From NCBI GenBank assembly GCA_041916575.1, contig JAYRZI010000002.1:85117-149116 (forward strand): DNA of 64,000 bases, given 5' to 3'. How positions within the stretch are numbered: the first letter of the stretch is position 1; each line of letters opens with the position of its first letter. Both the position numbers and the translations under genes were made by a program. Below, piece by piece: positions 36,631-50,119 of this stretch. Origin of the DNA: Haliangiales bacterium. Lineage in GTDB: Bacteria > Myxococcota_A > Polyangia > Haliangiales > Haliangiaceae. A model generated the notes under the pieces. The model was not told the DNA's origin. It was given only the letters and a program-made list of their open reading frames with translations, and made no database searches.

Positions 36631-37908
36631 CTAACGGCGCCGCGAAGCGGGCGCCGCGCGGTGGGCGATGAAGGAGAACGTCAAGTAGTGCCAGGTGTTG
36701 ACCGCCTTGATCGGCGGTAGGTCGAGCGCGCCGCTGATGGCCTGGATGCAGCGCTCGGCCTGCGTCAGCGCCGCCGGCGACGGCTCGCCAAAGGCGACGT
36801 CCTGCGAGACCACCACGCCGGGAGCCGGCGGTGCCGAGCGGATGGCGCCATCGGCGGCGGGGCCGGTCTTGCTGCGCGTGATCCGCACCGTGAACGCCAC
36901 CTGCGGTAGATCCTTGGCGCACTCGACGAGCTTGGGCAGGGCCTTCTTGATGGCCGCGCGCGCATCTTCGAGAGCCAGCGGCGCCGGCCCGGAGCGCCCC
37001 ACATCGGCGGGAAAGTCGGTCTGCTCCAGCTCTTCGACGTGCTCGTGCGCGCGTCGCGACCAGAGGCGGCCCTCGGGCAGGTCTGCGGCGGCGCGAAAGT
37101 AGGCCAGCGCCAGCTCGGGCCGGCTGATGCCAGAGAATCCCAGCCCCAAGAGGTAGAGCTCCTCGGCTTTGGAGACGAAGGGCATGGCCGGGCTGGTGAG
37201 CTGCCGCAGGTAGCGATCGAGCACGGCCGCGCGAGCGATGGCCTCCGCTGCTTGCGAGCTCTGGCGCGCGCGGTCATGAGCAAGCGCGCTGAGCCAGAGC
37301 GTCAGCGCCGACTCACTGCCTGCCTGCGCCGACGCGGCCAACGCTTCTAGCCCTTCGCGGAGCTTGCCCATGGCGATGCGGGTCTCTCCCAGGCGCAACC
37401 ACTCCTGCACGCCGGGGGTGCGCGACACCGCGCGGTCGAGCGCCAGCTCGGCTTCCGCCAGCCGACCAGCGCGAGCGAGACACACCCCGAGCCCTAGCGC
37501 AGGGTTGTCGCTGTAGCGCAGCTCGCGCTCGCCCCCGAAGCGTGGATCTAGCTCGAGGGTCTTGCCGAGATCTGCGGCGCACTCGGACCAGCGCTGGAGC
37601 TGCTCGTGCGCCAGCGCGCGCAAGAAATAGGCGGCGGGCTCGTCAGGGCGTAGCTCGATGGCCTCGTTGATCTTGCGAACCGCGTTGCCGAGATCGCTCG
37701 GCGTGCGACCTGCGATCAGCCGCTTGGCTTCGCTCAAGAGACGCGCTTGTGGTGCGCGCCCGGGGGAGATGGCTTGTTCCCACAGCTCGGAGCGCTCTTC
37801 TTGCTGGCGGTCCTCATCGACCGCCGGGGCAGGATAACGCGCCGACTGGGCCGCTGCGCCTCTGGGCAGGAGCGCCAGCGCGATCGCGACGACCACGGCT
37901 CGCTTCAT
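36631..37908 (-). CDS. secreted TPR repeat protein
   Basis: Start MKRAVVVAIALALLPRGAAAQ (signal peptide), followed by several TPR-like helical pairs. It overlaps the stop of the upstream TPR gene. Confidence 0.6.
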   Translation of the reverse strand: MKRAVVVAIALALLPRGAAAQSARYPAPAVDEDRQQEERSELWEQAISPGRAPQARLLSEAKRLIAGRTPSDLGNAVRKINEAIELRPDEPAAYFLRALAHEQLQRWSECAADLGKTLELDPRFGGERELRYSDNPALGLGVCLARAGRLAEAELALDRAVSRTPGVQEWLRLGETRIAMGKLREGLEALAASAQAGSESALTLWLSALAHDRARQSSQAAEAIARAAVLDRYLRQLTSPAMPFVSKAEELYLLGLGFSGISRPELALAYFRAAADLPEGRLWSRRAHEHVEELEQTDFPADVGRSGPAPLALEDARAAIKKALPKLVECAKDLPQVAFTVRITRSKTGPAADGAIRSAPPAPGVVVSQDVAFGEPSPAALTQAERCIQAISGALDLPPIKAVNTWHYLTFSFIAHRAAPASRRR

Positions 37909-38897
37909 CGAGGCCCTGCCTTGGCAAGCGCGGCGCGGTGGGCGCGCGAGCGCGCCGCGAACTGCGGATGCGCGCCGCTGTTCTCGAACTGGAGATACGC
38001 GGCCGTGGCGGCGGTGCGGTCGCCGCGTGCCTCGGCGATGAGGCCACGATAGTAGTGGACCTCTCCGGCCGGTACGTAGAACGTGAAGCCGCGGGCCACG
38101 TCGGCTTCCCACATCGAGATGGCGTCCTCGCTCAGCTCGCGCACCAGCGCACGCGCCTCGAGGCTGCGCTCGTCGCGGTCGAGCGCGACGGCGAGCCCGA
38201 GCACCAGGCTGGTGCTCGCCACGGTGCGCTGCGCCAGGCGGTAGGTGGCGATCGCGGTCTCGAGATCGCCCAGCATCATGTACACCTCAGCGAGGTTGCC
38301 GTAGGTCTGCTCCCAGTTGTAGCGGAGCGCGGCGTTGCGATCGATGATCGCTCGGTAGTCGGCGGCGGCGCCTTCCAGAAAGCGCCGGCTGGCCGCGCCG
38401 GTGACGGTGCCGGCGAGCCGGGTTCGCAGGATGGCGCGCTCGCTCAAGAGCGCCCCCAAGCGAGGATCCTGCGGGGCTCGTTCTTCGAAGGCCTCCAGCG
38501 CCTCCACCACCTCGCCTGCGACGGCGGCATCGAAGACGCAGGTCGAGCACTCGAGCTGAGCCAGGTAGCCGACCACCGCCCGGTAGTAGTGCGGATCCGG
38601 GGCCTCGGGGCGGGCCTGGGCGGCGCGCGCGAAGGCGCGCAGGGACTCTTGTAGGGTTTGGGTACGTCGGCTCGCCGACAGGGGTACGCCGGTGGCGTCG
38701 TTCGATTCATCGAGGACGGTGCGCGCGTGCTCGAGGCCGAGCTGGAGATCGAGCTGGTAGCGCTCTTGCCGGGCGACTCCCTCGCGATCGGCCGTCGCTT
38801 GCTCCCACACCGTGGGCTCGGCGCGCCCGGCACTCGCGGCGCACACCCATGCAGCGGCGACGGCGAGGCGCACGAGACGAAGAGGAGGGCGTGGCAT
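37905..38897 (-). CDS. secreted TPR repeat protein
   Basis: Start MPRPPLRLVRLAVAAAWVCAASAGRA, then TPR-like repeats. The longer track ORF upstream is Arg-rich artefact. Confidence 0.55.
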   Translation of the reverse strand: MPRPPLRLVRLAVAAAWVCAASAGRAEPTVWEQATADREGVARQERYQLDLQLGLEHARTVLDESNDATGVPLSASRRTQTLQESLRAFARAAQARPEAPDPHYYRAVVGYLAQLECSTCVFDAAVAGEVVEALEAFEERAPQDPRLGALLSERAILRTRLAGTVTGAASRRFLEGAAADYRAIIDRNAALRYNWEQTYGNLAEVYMMLGDLETAIATYRLAQRTVASTSLVLGLAVALDRDERSLEARALVRELSEDAISMWEADVARGFTFYVPAGEVHYYRGLIAEARGDRTAATAAYLQFENSGAHPQFAARSRAHRAALAKAGPR

Positions 38898-39080
38898 GGG
38901 GCGTGGCTCAGTATGCGCCGGGCCCCGGAGCCTGGCCACCTCCACGACGCAGCAGCCAAGTGGGGGGCTGTCGTCCCCACCTTGGGGGCTTCTCCGGCCG
39001 CCAGCGAGCGATCCCAGACGCCGTAATAAGAAGTTAGCCCTGCTTGTGTTTGGCCCGCAATTTGCGTTACGGAGTTCGCC

Positions 39081-39938
39081 GTGTATGACGATTTGGGGAT
39101 AGAGGACGAGCCTTTGCAGTGCGCCCGCGAGCTTTATCGCGCCGGGCAGTACGCGGGCGTGGTGGCAGTGTGCACCCAGGCGCTCGAGCTCGCGCCCATG
39201 GAGCCGGCGCTCTTGCTCGAGCGCGCTTGCGCCTGGATCGCGTTGTGGCGACCCGATCAAGCGTACGCGGATCTGCACGAGGTGCTGCTGGTGGAGCCCT
39301 CGTGTGTGCGCGCCTACCGCGTGCTCGGGCAGCTCTTGTTGCAGGGGGGCAAGCTCGCCGGCGCCCGCGATGCCTTTCGACGCGCGCTGTCGCTGGATCC
39401 CCAAGATGAGGCGGTGCGCGCGGCGCTGGAAGCGGTGGACACCCGCCTGGCCGAGGTGGCGCGCGGCAAGTCCGAGGCCGCGCCGCGCCGGCCGAGCGCC
39501 TCGCAGCTCACTCGACCGACCGAGCCAACGCGCGCACATCGCCACATCGCGACCTCGCCCAACGGGGTTCCGATCTCGACGCTCACCACCCTCATCCGGC
39601 GCGCGCCCTCGGCAGCGCCGGCGCAGGTGTCGCCCACGCACCGCCGCCAGAGCAGCGAGGCGGTGCCGGTGGTCAGAGGGCGAGACAAGACCGCGCCGCA
39701 TCGCACGGTCCTCGCTGGTCGCTCTCGAGCGGGGACTGCGGTCCACGCGGCGAACGGCCCGACCGGCTCGCTCGGCTCGCTCGTTCGTGCACCAACGGCG
39801 CCGATCGCGCACGTGCCGAGCGCGCCGATCCCGCGCGCCATCACCGCGCCGCACGTGCGCTTGTCCACTCAGCCCGTGGTGCGAGCAGCCACCCAGCCCT
39901 CGGGGGACCTGCTCGGCTTGTCTGACAGCATCGAATAG
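39081..39938 (+). CDS. TPR repeat protein with a low-complexity C-terminal tail
   Basis: GTG start with GGAG 10 nt upstream. N-terminal TPRs (…ACAWIALWRPDQAYADLHEVLLVEPSCVRAYRVLGQLLLQGGKLAGARDAFRRALSLDP…), then a Pro/Ala/Ser-rich tail. Confidence 0.55.
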   Translation: MYDDLGIEDEPLQCARELYRAGQYAGVVAVCTQALELAPMEPALLLERACAWIALWRPDQAYADLHEVLLVEPSCVRAYRVLGQLLLQGGKLAGARDAFRRALSLDPQDEAVRAALEAVDTRLAEVARGKSEAAPRRPSASQLTRPTEPTRAHRHIATSPNGVPISTLTTLIRRAPSAAPAQVSPTHRRQSSEAVPVVRGRDKTAPHRTVLAGRSRAGTAVHAANGPTGSLGSLVRAPTAPIAHVPSAPIPRAITAPHVRLSTQPVVRAATQPSGDLLGLSDSIE

Positions 39939-40027
39939 GCGAAACGATCGCAGGCGTGATCGCGCTCACTGCGCATCGGCGGAGCCGATCACCGGGCGGC
40001 CCCGTGCGCTGAGATATAGTGTGCGGC

Positions 40028-41419
40028 ATGTCGGCCGCGCGTCCGCGGGGATCGTCTGGGGGCCGGCGCCTTTCGTGCCTGGCTTTCGCGCTCGCGCTCG
40101 CCGCTGTGCCGGGCGAGCCGGCGGCACAGTCGCTGTCGCTCGATGCCATTGCGGCGCGGACGGTGGCGCGCGCCGGCGCCGGCCTGCTCTCGGACGACCT
40201 GGGGGGGGCCTGGGCCCATAACCCCGCGGCCGCATCGCGTCGCAGCGGCCCGCGTGCGCTCGTCGGCGTGACCCTGGTCGACGGCGATCTCGAGCTGTCG
40301 CCTTTCACCGAGGAGCCCGCCCCGGTGATGATCAGCCGCGCTGGAGTGGCGCGGGCGCCGGTAGCGGCGATCGCGCTGTCCTGGGGCGACACCACGGTCG
40401 GGGTGACCTTTCTGTCGGCTCAGCGAGTGGCCCGACGGTTCGAGGGGCCGCCGCCGCCGTTGCCCGAGGAGGACGTGCAGCGCGACTTCAGCATGCGCTA
40501 CGCCGGCCTGTCTGGGGCGCTGCGGCGCGAGTTGGTGATGGCGGGGGTGTCGCGTCGGGTGGGGCGTCAGCTCGCGCTCGGGCTCTCGGTGGGGGCGGCG
40601 CGAGTGGCGCTTCGCGAGAACCGCCACGTCTGGGGCGGTCTCGAGCCGCGAGATGTTCCTGGCGATTCGAGCCGCGATGTCGAGCTGCTCACCCGCGGCG
40701 TGGCGCTCGGCGTGCCGATGGCCACCGCCGGGGTGGTGTTCGTGCCGGAGGAAGGCCCGCTCGAGCTGGCGGCTGCGGTGTCCTATGTCGGGGCCTCCAC
40801 TGTCGAGGGAGTCGTGGTCACCGCACCGGCGGACATCAACAGCCCCGAGGTGGTGAGCAATGGCGTGGCTACGTTGGCGCTGCCCGCCTCCTGGGTGGTG
40901 CGCACCGCTGCGCGCTGGGCCTCTGCGCGCTGGAGCTTGGAGCTCACCGGGCAGCTCGAGCTGTGGCCGGCCTCGGCGCGGGAGCTGGCCTGGCGGCTGC
41001 CAGATACCACGTTCATCGACGCCGGTGGCGCTACCGCCTCGCTGCGCCGGCTCCCCTCGCAGCTCTCGCTTCGCTCGAATGCCTCGCTGCGCGCGGCGGT
41101 CGATCGCGAGGTGATCGATGGCCTGCTCTGGCTGGTGGGCGGGGTTGGCTGGTCGCCGGTGGGGACGTCGCGGCCGCGCTTGGCGCCGGGCTTCGGCGAC
41201 CTGCCGGGCCTGACCCTAGCGGCTGGCGTCGAGGCCTCGGCCGGAGGGGTCACCGTGGCCTTCGGCGTGTCCCGGCTGTGGGCGCTGCCGCAGAACGTTC
41301 GCCATTCGCTGCGCCGCTTGGACAGCCCGTTTCCCGAAGGGGATCAGCCAACCGGCTTCGCGCGCTATGTCGCCTCCACCCAGATGGTGGGGTTCTCCAT
41401 CGAGCTCGAGCAGCTTTGA
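40028..41419 (+). CDS. hypothetical outer-membrane beta-barrel protein
   Basis: Signal peptide (…LSCLAFALALAAVPGEPAAQS), alternating amphipathic strands, and a C-terminus …MVGFSIELEQL. An AT-rich GATATAGT lies just upstream. Confidence 0.5.
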   Translation: MSAARPRGSSGGRRLSCLAFALALAAVPGEPAAQSLSLDAIAARTVARAGAGLLSDDLGGAWAHNPAAASRRSGPRALVGVTLVDGDLELSPFTEEPAPVMISRAGVARAPVAAIALSWGDTTVGVTFLSAQRVARRFEGPPPPLPEEDVQRDFSMRYAGLSGALRRELVMAGVSRRVGRQLALGLSVGAARVALRENRHVWGGLEPRDVPGDSSRDVELLTRGVALGVPMATAGVVFVPEEGPLELAAAVSYVGASTVEGVVVTAPADINSPEVVSNGVATLALPASWVVRTAARWASARWSLELTGQLELWPASARELAWRLPDTTFIDAGGATASLRRLPSQLSLRSNASLRAAVDREVIDGLLWLVGGVGWSPVGTSRPRLAPGFGDLPGLTLAAGVEASAGGVTVAFGVSRLWALPQNVRHSLRRLDSPFPEGDQPTGFARYVASTQMVGFSIELEQL

Positions 41420-41441
41420 TCGCCGCGCGGCGCGGGCGCTG

Positions 41442-41876
41442 CTACGTGCCCTTGGCGAGCTTCTTGGGCGCGCCCTTCTTGGCCGGGGGATCATCGAAGG
41501 CGTCATCGAGCTCGATGAAGCCACCCCAGAGCCCGCCGATGGCGGCGCCCAGGATCGGCGGCCACGCTGGCAGCGACCGGGTCTCGCCCAGGAGGGTCAG
41601 CTCCACGCCGCTGCCCACCTTGCGCGCCAGCGCGTACAGGCCGATGGCGACCCCGGCGCCGAAGATGGCCTTTAGCACCGACGCAAACGAGGTGGCGTTC
41701 TTGTCAGCGATGAGCGCCCAGATCGGGCGGCCCACCACCAGGCCGACGATCGCGCCGATCACGCCATACACGACCCAGAGAAACCAAGGCGCGGAGTAGC
41801 CCAAGGCATACGCGCCGTAGCCGAGTGCGCCGCCGAGCAGCGCGCCCTTGAGGATGCCGATGAGAAGCTTGAGCAA
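41442..41876 (-). CDS. small Gly-rich integral membrane protein
   Basis: 144 aa with three or four hydrophobic helices. The only available start is TTG. No domain recognised. Confidence 0.4.
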   Translation of the reverse strand: MLKLLIGILKGALLGGALGYGAYALGYSAPWFLWVVYGVIGAIVGLVVGRPIWALIADKNATSFASVLKAIFGAGVAIGLYALARKVGSGVELTLLGETRSLPAWPPILGAAIGGLWGGFIELDDAFDDPPAKKGAPKKLAKGT

Positions 41877-41956
41877 CGTGACCCCCTTGTGCCTTCAAGC
41901 ATGACTAGCAGTGGGCGCCGGGGCAAGCCGCAAACGGCTCCTCAGCCACGTCATCG

Positions 41957-43411
41957 TCACATCGTGGCGCCGACCGCGCCGGCGCCATCGGCGCCATTCG
42001 TCGCGGGCCCGCCGGCGACCGGCATCCGCTGCGGTACCGGCGCCGACTCGAGGAGCGCGCCGAGGCGGGTGGCCTCAGCGCGAAAGGCCTCGCGATGCTG
42101 GCGCGGTACGCCGGGCCGGCGCGTCGGCGCGAGCTTGCTCGGATCGACGAAGGCACCGTTCTTCTTCACGCCGAAATGAAGGTGCGGCCCGGTGGAGAGC
42201 CCGGTGGTCCCCACGTAGCCGATGACGGTCTTGGCGTCGATGTGCTGGCCCACCTTCTGTCCTGCGGCGAACTTGGAGAGGTGCATGTAGACCGTGTCGA
42301 GCCCGCTGTCGTGGCGCAAGATCACCATGTTGCCGGCGCCACCGGCAAAACTGCGCGAGATGATCTTGCCTGGGGCCGCGGCCCAGACAGGGGTCCCGGT
42401 AGGCGCGGCATAGTCGATACCGAGATGGGCGCGAACGGTGTGTAGCACCGGGTGCATCCGCCGCCTGTCGAAGCCGGAGGACATGCGCGCGAACTTCAGA
42501 GGAGTCTTGAGGAACGTCTTCTCCGCAGACTCGCCGTTGGCATCGAAGTAGCGGCCGCGCTCGCTGCCCGGCCCCACGAAATAGAAGGTGCGGAAGCGCC
42601 CGGCCTTGCCCGCGTACTCAGCGGCGAGGATGCGCCGGTACCCGAGAAATTCCTGGTCTTTGTATTCCTTCTCCACCACTACGCGGAAGGTGTCGCCATC
42701 GTGGGTGTCGTTGTAGAAGTCCAGATCGTAGGCGAACACGTCGACGAAGAACGCGACCAGCGAGGAGTCCTCCCCGGCCGCCTTGATCGCCGCGTAGAGC
42801 GAGCTATCGATGCTGCCAGAGACCTGCTTGACCTCGACCCGGGTCTGGGCCTGATCGGTGGAGCCCACCAGCTTGCCTTCGCCATCGCGGCGCGCGCGCA
42901 CCGTCGAGATCTTGGAGATCACCAGCTCGAACGCCTCCACCGAGCCCGCGGCGTTGCGCTCGAGCCGAAACTTCTGGCCCGCGCGGATGGTCTTGAAATC
43001 GAGAACCCCGTGCAGCGCGCGGATGAGCTCGTCCGACTGTGCGCCCGTGAGCCCCTGGCGCTTGAGCAGGCGGCCCAAGCTGTCGCCATTGCCCACCGTG
43101 CCCTCGATCACAGGCCGCGCGAGCCCCTCGGCTTCTGCTGCTGCCCGCTGCTCGAGCCCCGCGAGCGGCCCTGACGGCCCTTGGGACTGGGCGTCGAGCG
43201 CGGTCGGAGTGCCCGGCACCATGGCCGGCGGCGCCTCGGTCGCCCGCTTCTTGACCGCCGCTAGCGACGTGTCCTTGTTCCAGACGAACACATAGAGATT
43301 GACCAGCACCAGCGCGGCCAAGAGCAGGGCGACCCACAAGCCGTTACGGCTGCGGGGCGCCGGCCCAAGCTCGGGCAATGCCTTTTTTTTGCGCGCGGTG
43401 CGACGAGTCAT
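41957..43411 (-). CDS. M23 family metallopeptidase with a LysM-like motif
   Basis: N-terminal TM helix; GDSLGRLLKRQGL is LysM-like. The C-terminal M23 domain has HLGIDYAAPTGTPVWAAAPG…GNMVILRHDSGLDTVYMHLS…HLHFGV. Confidence 0.8.
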   Translation of the reverse strand: MTRRTARKKKALPELGPAPRSRNGLWVALLLAALVLVNLYVFVWNKDTSLAAVKKRATEAPPAMVPGTPTALDAQSQGPSGPLAGLEQRAAAEAEGLARPVIEGTVGNGDSLGRLLKRQGLTGAQSDELIRALHGVLDFKTIRAGQKFRLERNAAGSVEAFELVISKISTVRARRDGEGKLVGSTDQAQTRVEVKQVSGSIDSSLYAAIKAAGEDSSLVAFFVDVFAYDLDFYNDTHDGDTFRVVVEKEYKDQEFLGYRRILAAEYAGKAGRFRTFYFVGPGSERGRYFDANGESAEKTFLKTPLKFARMSSGFDRRRMHPVLHTVRAHLGIDYAAPTGTPVWAAAPGKIISRSFAGGAGNMVILRHDSGLDTVYMHLSKFAAGQKVGQHIDAKTVIGYVGTTGLSTGPHLHFGVKKNGAFVDPSKLAPTRRPGVPRQHREAFRAEATRLGALLESAPVPQRMPVAGGPATNGADGAGAVGATM

Positions 43412-43734
43412 GAGGATGGCAGCGGAACGTTCTCATACCACGGCGATCGGGCAAAGGACCACAATCCGGCGCCAGCGCCGGCCAAGGAGCCACGGTGCCT
43501 CCCATTTCAGTCCAGATGCCAGCGCAGTTCGCGGAGTTGGAGCCGACCTTGCCGCTCCCCAACCTCGGCGCGCCAGGCTCGTTTTTGCCGGCGCCGGCGG
43601 CCCAGCGGAGAGCCTCGCGAGATCTCGGCGCGAGCTTGCCACCTCGTGAGCAACTGGACCTTTTTGCGCAGTCGGGGCAGGCTGCGCCCGCAGCGCCGGC
43701 CGTCCGGCCGGCGCCCGAAGTCGAGATTCGTACC

Positions 43735-46224
<2,490 letters not shown>

Positions 46225-46233
46225 GGGAGCTAG

Positions 46234-48192
<1,959 letters not shown>

Positions 48193-48247
48193 TCGCTTGC
48201 TTCCTTCCTGATGCAGCCCGCGCCGGAAGATGCCGGGCCATGGCTCG

Positions 48248-48625
48248 CTAGCCGGGGAGGACTTGCAGCAGGAGCGGCGTGTACTTGGTCATGAGCGCGC
48301 GCGCAAATCCCAGCGTGCCCTGACGGCTCAGCGCCAGCCCGAGGTAGTGGTTGCGCCCGATCATGCGGATGAGGATATACGCGTTGGTCGTGGTGATGAG
48401 GATGTCCTCCGTGGAGTTGGCACCCACGCCGAGGAGATCCAGCGCGCGAGAGTTGGACTTCACCACCTCCGCGAAGCTCGCCGAGGCCATCGACGAATCG
48501 AAGTTCGGATCGATGGAACCTCCGGCAATCGACATGCCTGAATCGATCTCCACCAGGTCAGTGGAGATGAAGTGAGGGACCTCGGCGCGAAACCGATTGA
48601 TGACATCGAAGACGGTAGTGGACAT
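48248..48625 (-). CDS. Roadblock/LC7 domain protein
   Basis: 125 aa. The pattern FISTDLVEIDSGMSIAGGS…DSSMASASFAEVVKSNSRALDLLG…EDILITTTNAYILIRMIG…LGLALSRQGTLGFAR aligns by eye with the MglB/Roadblock fold. Gene GC is visibly lower than its surroundings. Confidence 0.6.
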   Translation of the reverse strand: MSTTVFDVINRFRAEVPHFISTDLVEIDSGMSIAGGSIDPNFDSSMASASFAEVVKSNSRALDLLGVGANSTEDILITTTNAYILIRMIGRNHYLGLALSRQGTLGFARALMTKYTPLLLQVLPG

Positions 48626-48696
48626 TGGCTACTTCCAGGGAAATGATGGCTCGGAGAGAGAGAGCGAACATAGCGCGAACCCAGCGCCAGGAGTCT

Positions 48697-49266
48697 CTAT
48701 CGTGTGGATTCTGTATCCACTCCTTTTCGGAGTACTCGACGCACCTGAGAGCACGTTGCACGTGAGAGTGGCTCTTCTCCCACTACACCCACCACGAGTC
48801 GACCAGCAGCAGTGTCCACTCGGATCACTTGTAGGAAACGGCTATCCGAGAGCTCGATGACCGTGCTGCGCTCGGCAGGAAGCGGGGTGCTGCGAAACGC
48901 TGCTTCTTCATTGTGAAGGACCGACGCAACCGCCTCGGCATAGGCCTCTGCGGCGTTGCGGTTGGCCAAGATCAGTCCATCGGCGTCGGCGACGAAGGCT
49001 GCCACCGCGGCAGCGCCACGGCTGAGCCAGGTCACGAACGCCTCGATGCGCTGCTGGAGCGAGGCGCCCTCTCGTCCGAAAATCTCGCGCAGGGCGTCTT
49101 CATCGCTGCCCAGCCCGCGAGGTTCTGGCGCAATCGCTGGTGCGGGGGACGGCTCGAAGCCGTCGCTCGGAAAGCGGATCGGCGGCAGCACAGTGACCGC
49201 CGTGGCGATCGCGCTGCCCCGCTTGCGAGGAGGGGCATCGTAGTCGATGCCGACACCCGCCAGCAT
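48697..49266 (-). CDS. hypothetical protein with a C-terminal Roadblock/LC7-like domain
   Basis: Start taken at MLAGVGIDYD…. A Pro-rich N-terminal half, then …GAAAVAAFVADADGLILANRN…AEAVASVL…VIELSDSRFLQVIRVDTAAGRLVVGVVG… which is Roadblock-like. Start uncertain; an alternative ATG at 49314 is possible. Confidence 0.4.
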   Translation of the reverse strand: MLAGVGIDYDAPPRKRGSAIATAVTVLPPIRFPSDGFEPSPAPAIAPEPRGLGSDEDALREIFGREGASLQQRIEAFVTWLSRGAAAVAAFVADADGLILANRNAAEAYAEAVASVLHNEEAAFRSTPLPAERSTVIELSDSRFLQVIRVDTAAGRLVVGVVGEEPLSRATCSQVRRVLRKGVDTESTR

Positions 49267-49285
49267 CGTGGAGAGAGTTGCGGGA

Positions 49286-50119
49286 TCAGGCAAAAAGGGA
49301 GAGAGGTTCTTCATCTCGCTCGCTTTCAGTGAGGGGATGCGGATCCATCTTGCGCCGGAGCTCCTGAGCCAGCCTGTCGAAGAGCGCGGCGATGGGAGTA
49401 GCTTTCTTGGAGAGCAGGCCGACTGGGACGCCCTGGGCAGAGGCCTCGAGGAAGATGGGATCTCTTGGCACCACCGTGTCGAAGACACTGTCCTCGGGGA
49501 GCTTGGACCACACCTCGCTCGCGACCGCCGAGGAGGTCTTGTTGCGGAGCTGAACCATGGTCAGCACCACCCCGGCGAGCTGCGCGCGGTTGCCTTCGCG
49601 GCGCAGCGCTGCCAGCATCTCGAGGAGCTGCGGAAACGAGCGCAGGGCGATCGGCTCGGCCTGGAGCGCATTGATCACCCAGTCGCAGACCCGCAGCGCG
49701 CCGAGCGTGATGCCGCCGAAGCCCGCGGGGGTATCGAGCAGCAGCACGTCGTAGCCCGCAGCCTCGGCGGCGCGCCGCAGACGCGTCAGCTCGGCGCCAT
49801 TGGCCAGGTGCATGGCGAGGCCGTGCGCGTCCTCGGTGGCGACGGGGCCGATGGGTAAGAGGGACAACCCGGGGAGCCGGGTATGCACGACCACCTGCTC
49901 GAGCGGTGCGCCCTGGCCGACGAACCCGGCCAGGCCCACGCCGCGAGCCTCGCGATCTTGGCCCGAGCGGCTGCGCAGGGATAGCCCGATGGCGCCCTGC
50001 GGGTCGGTGTCCACGAGCAGCACGCGATCGCCCGTGCTCGCGAGGGCATACGCTAGGTGCAGCGCGACGGTGGTCTTGCCCACGCCGCCTTTCTGCGACG
50101 CCACACACACGCACTTCAT
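49286..50119 (-). CDS. ParA/MinD-like P-loop ATPase
   Basis: Starts MKCVCVASQKGGVGKTTVALHLAYALA, the deviant Walker A KGGxGKT, then …VLLVDTDPQG… and …DVLLLDTPAGF…. Its ATG overlaps the stop of the upstream gene (ATGA). Confidence 0.8.
   Translation of the reverse strand: MKCVCVASQKGGVGKTTVALHLAYALASTGDRVLLVDTDPQGAIGLSLRSRSGQDREARGVGLAGFVGQGAPLEQVVVHTRLPGLSLLPIGPVATEDAHGLAMHLANGAELTRLRRAAEAAGYDVLLLDTPAGFGGITLGALRVCDWVINALQAEPIALRSFPQLLEMLAALRREGNRAQLAGVVLTMVQLRNKTSSAVASEVWSKLPEDSVFDTVVPRDPIFLEASAQGVPVGLLSKKATPIAALFDRLAQELRRKMDPHPLTESERDEEPLSLFA

Noticed and set aside
43495-43734. 80-codon in-frame N-terminal extension of parC (start at 43495)
   Set aside because: Codon third positions there are not GC-biased like the coding regions, so ATG 43735 is preferred; the question remains open (see finding).
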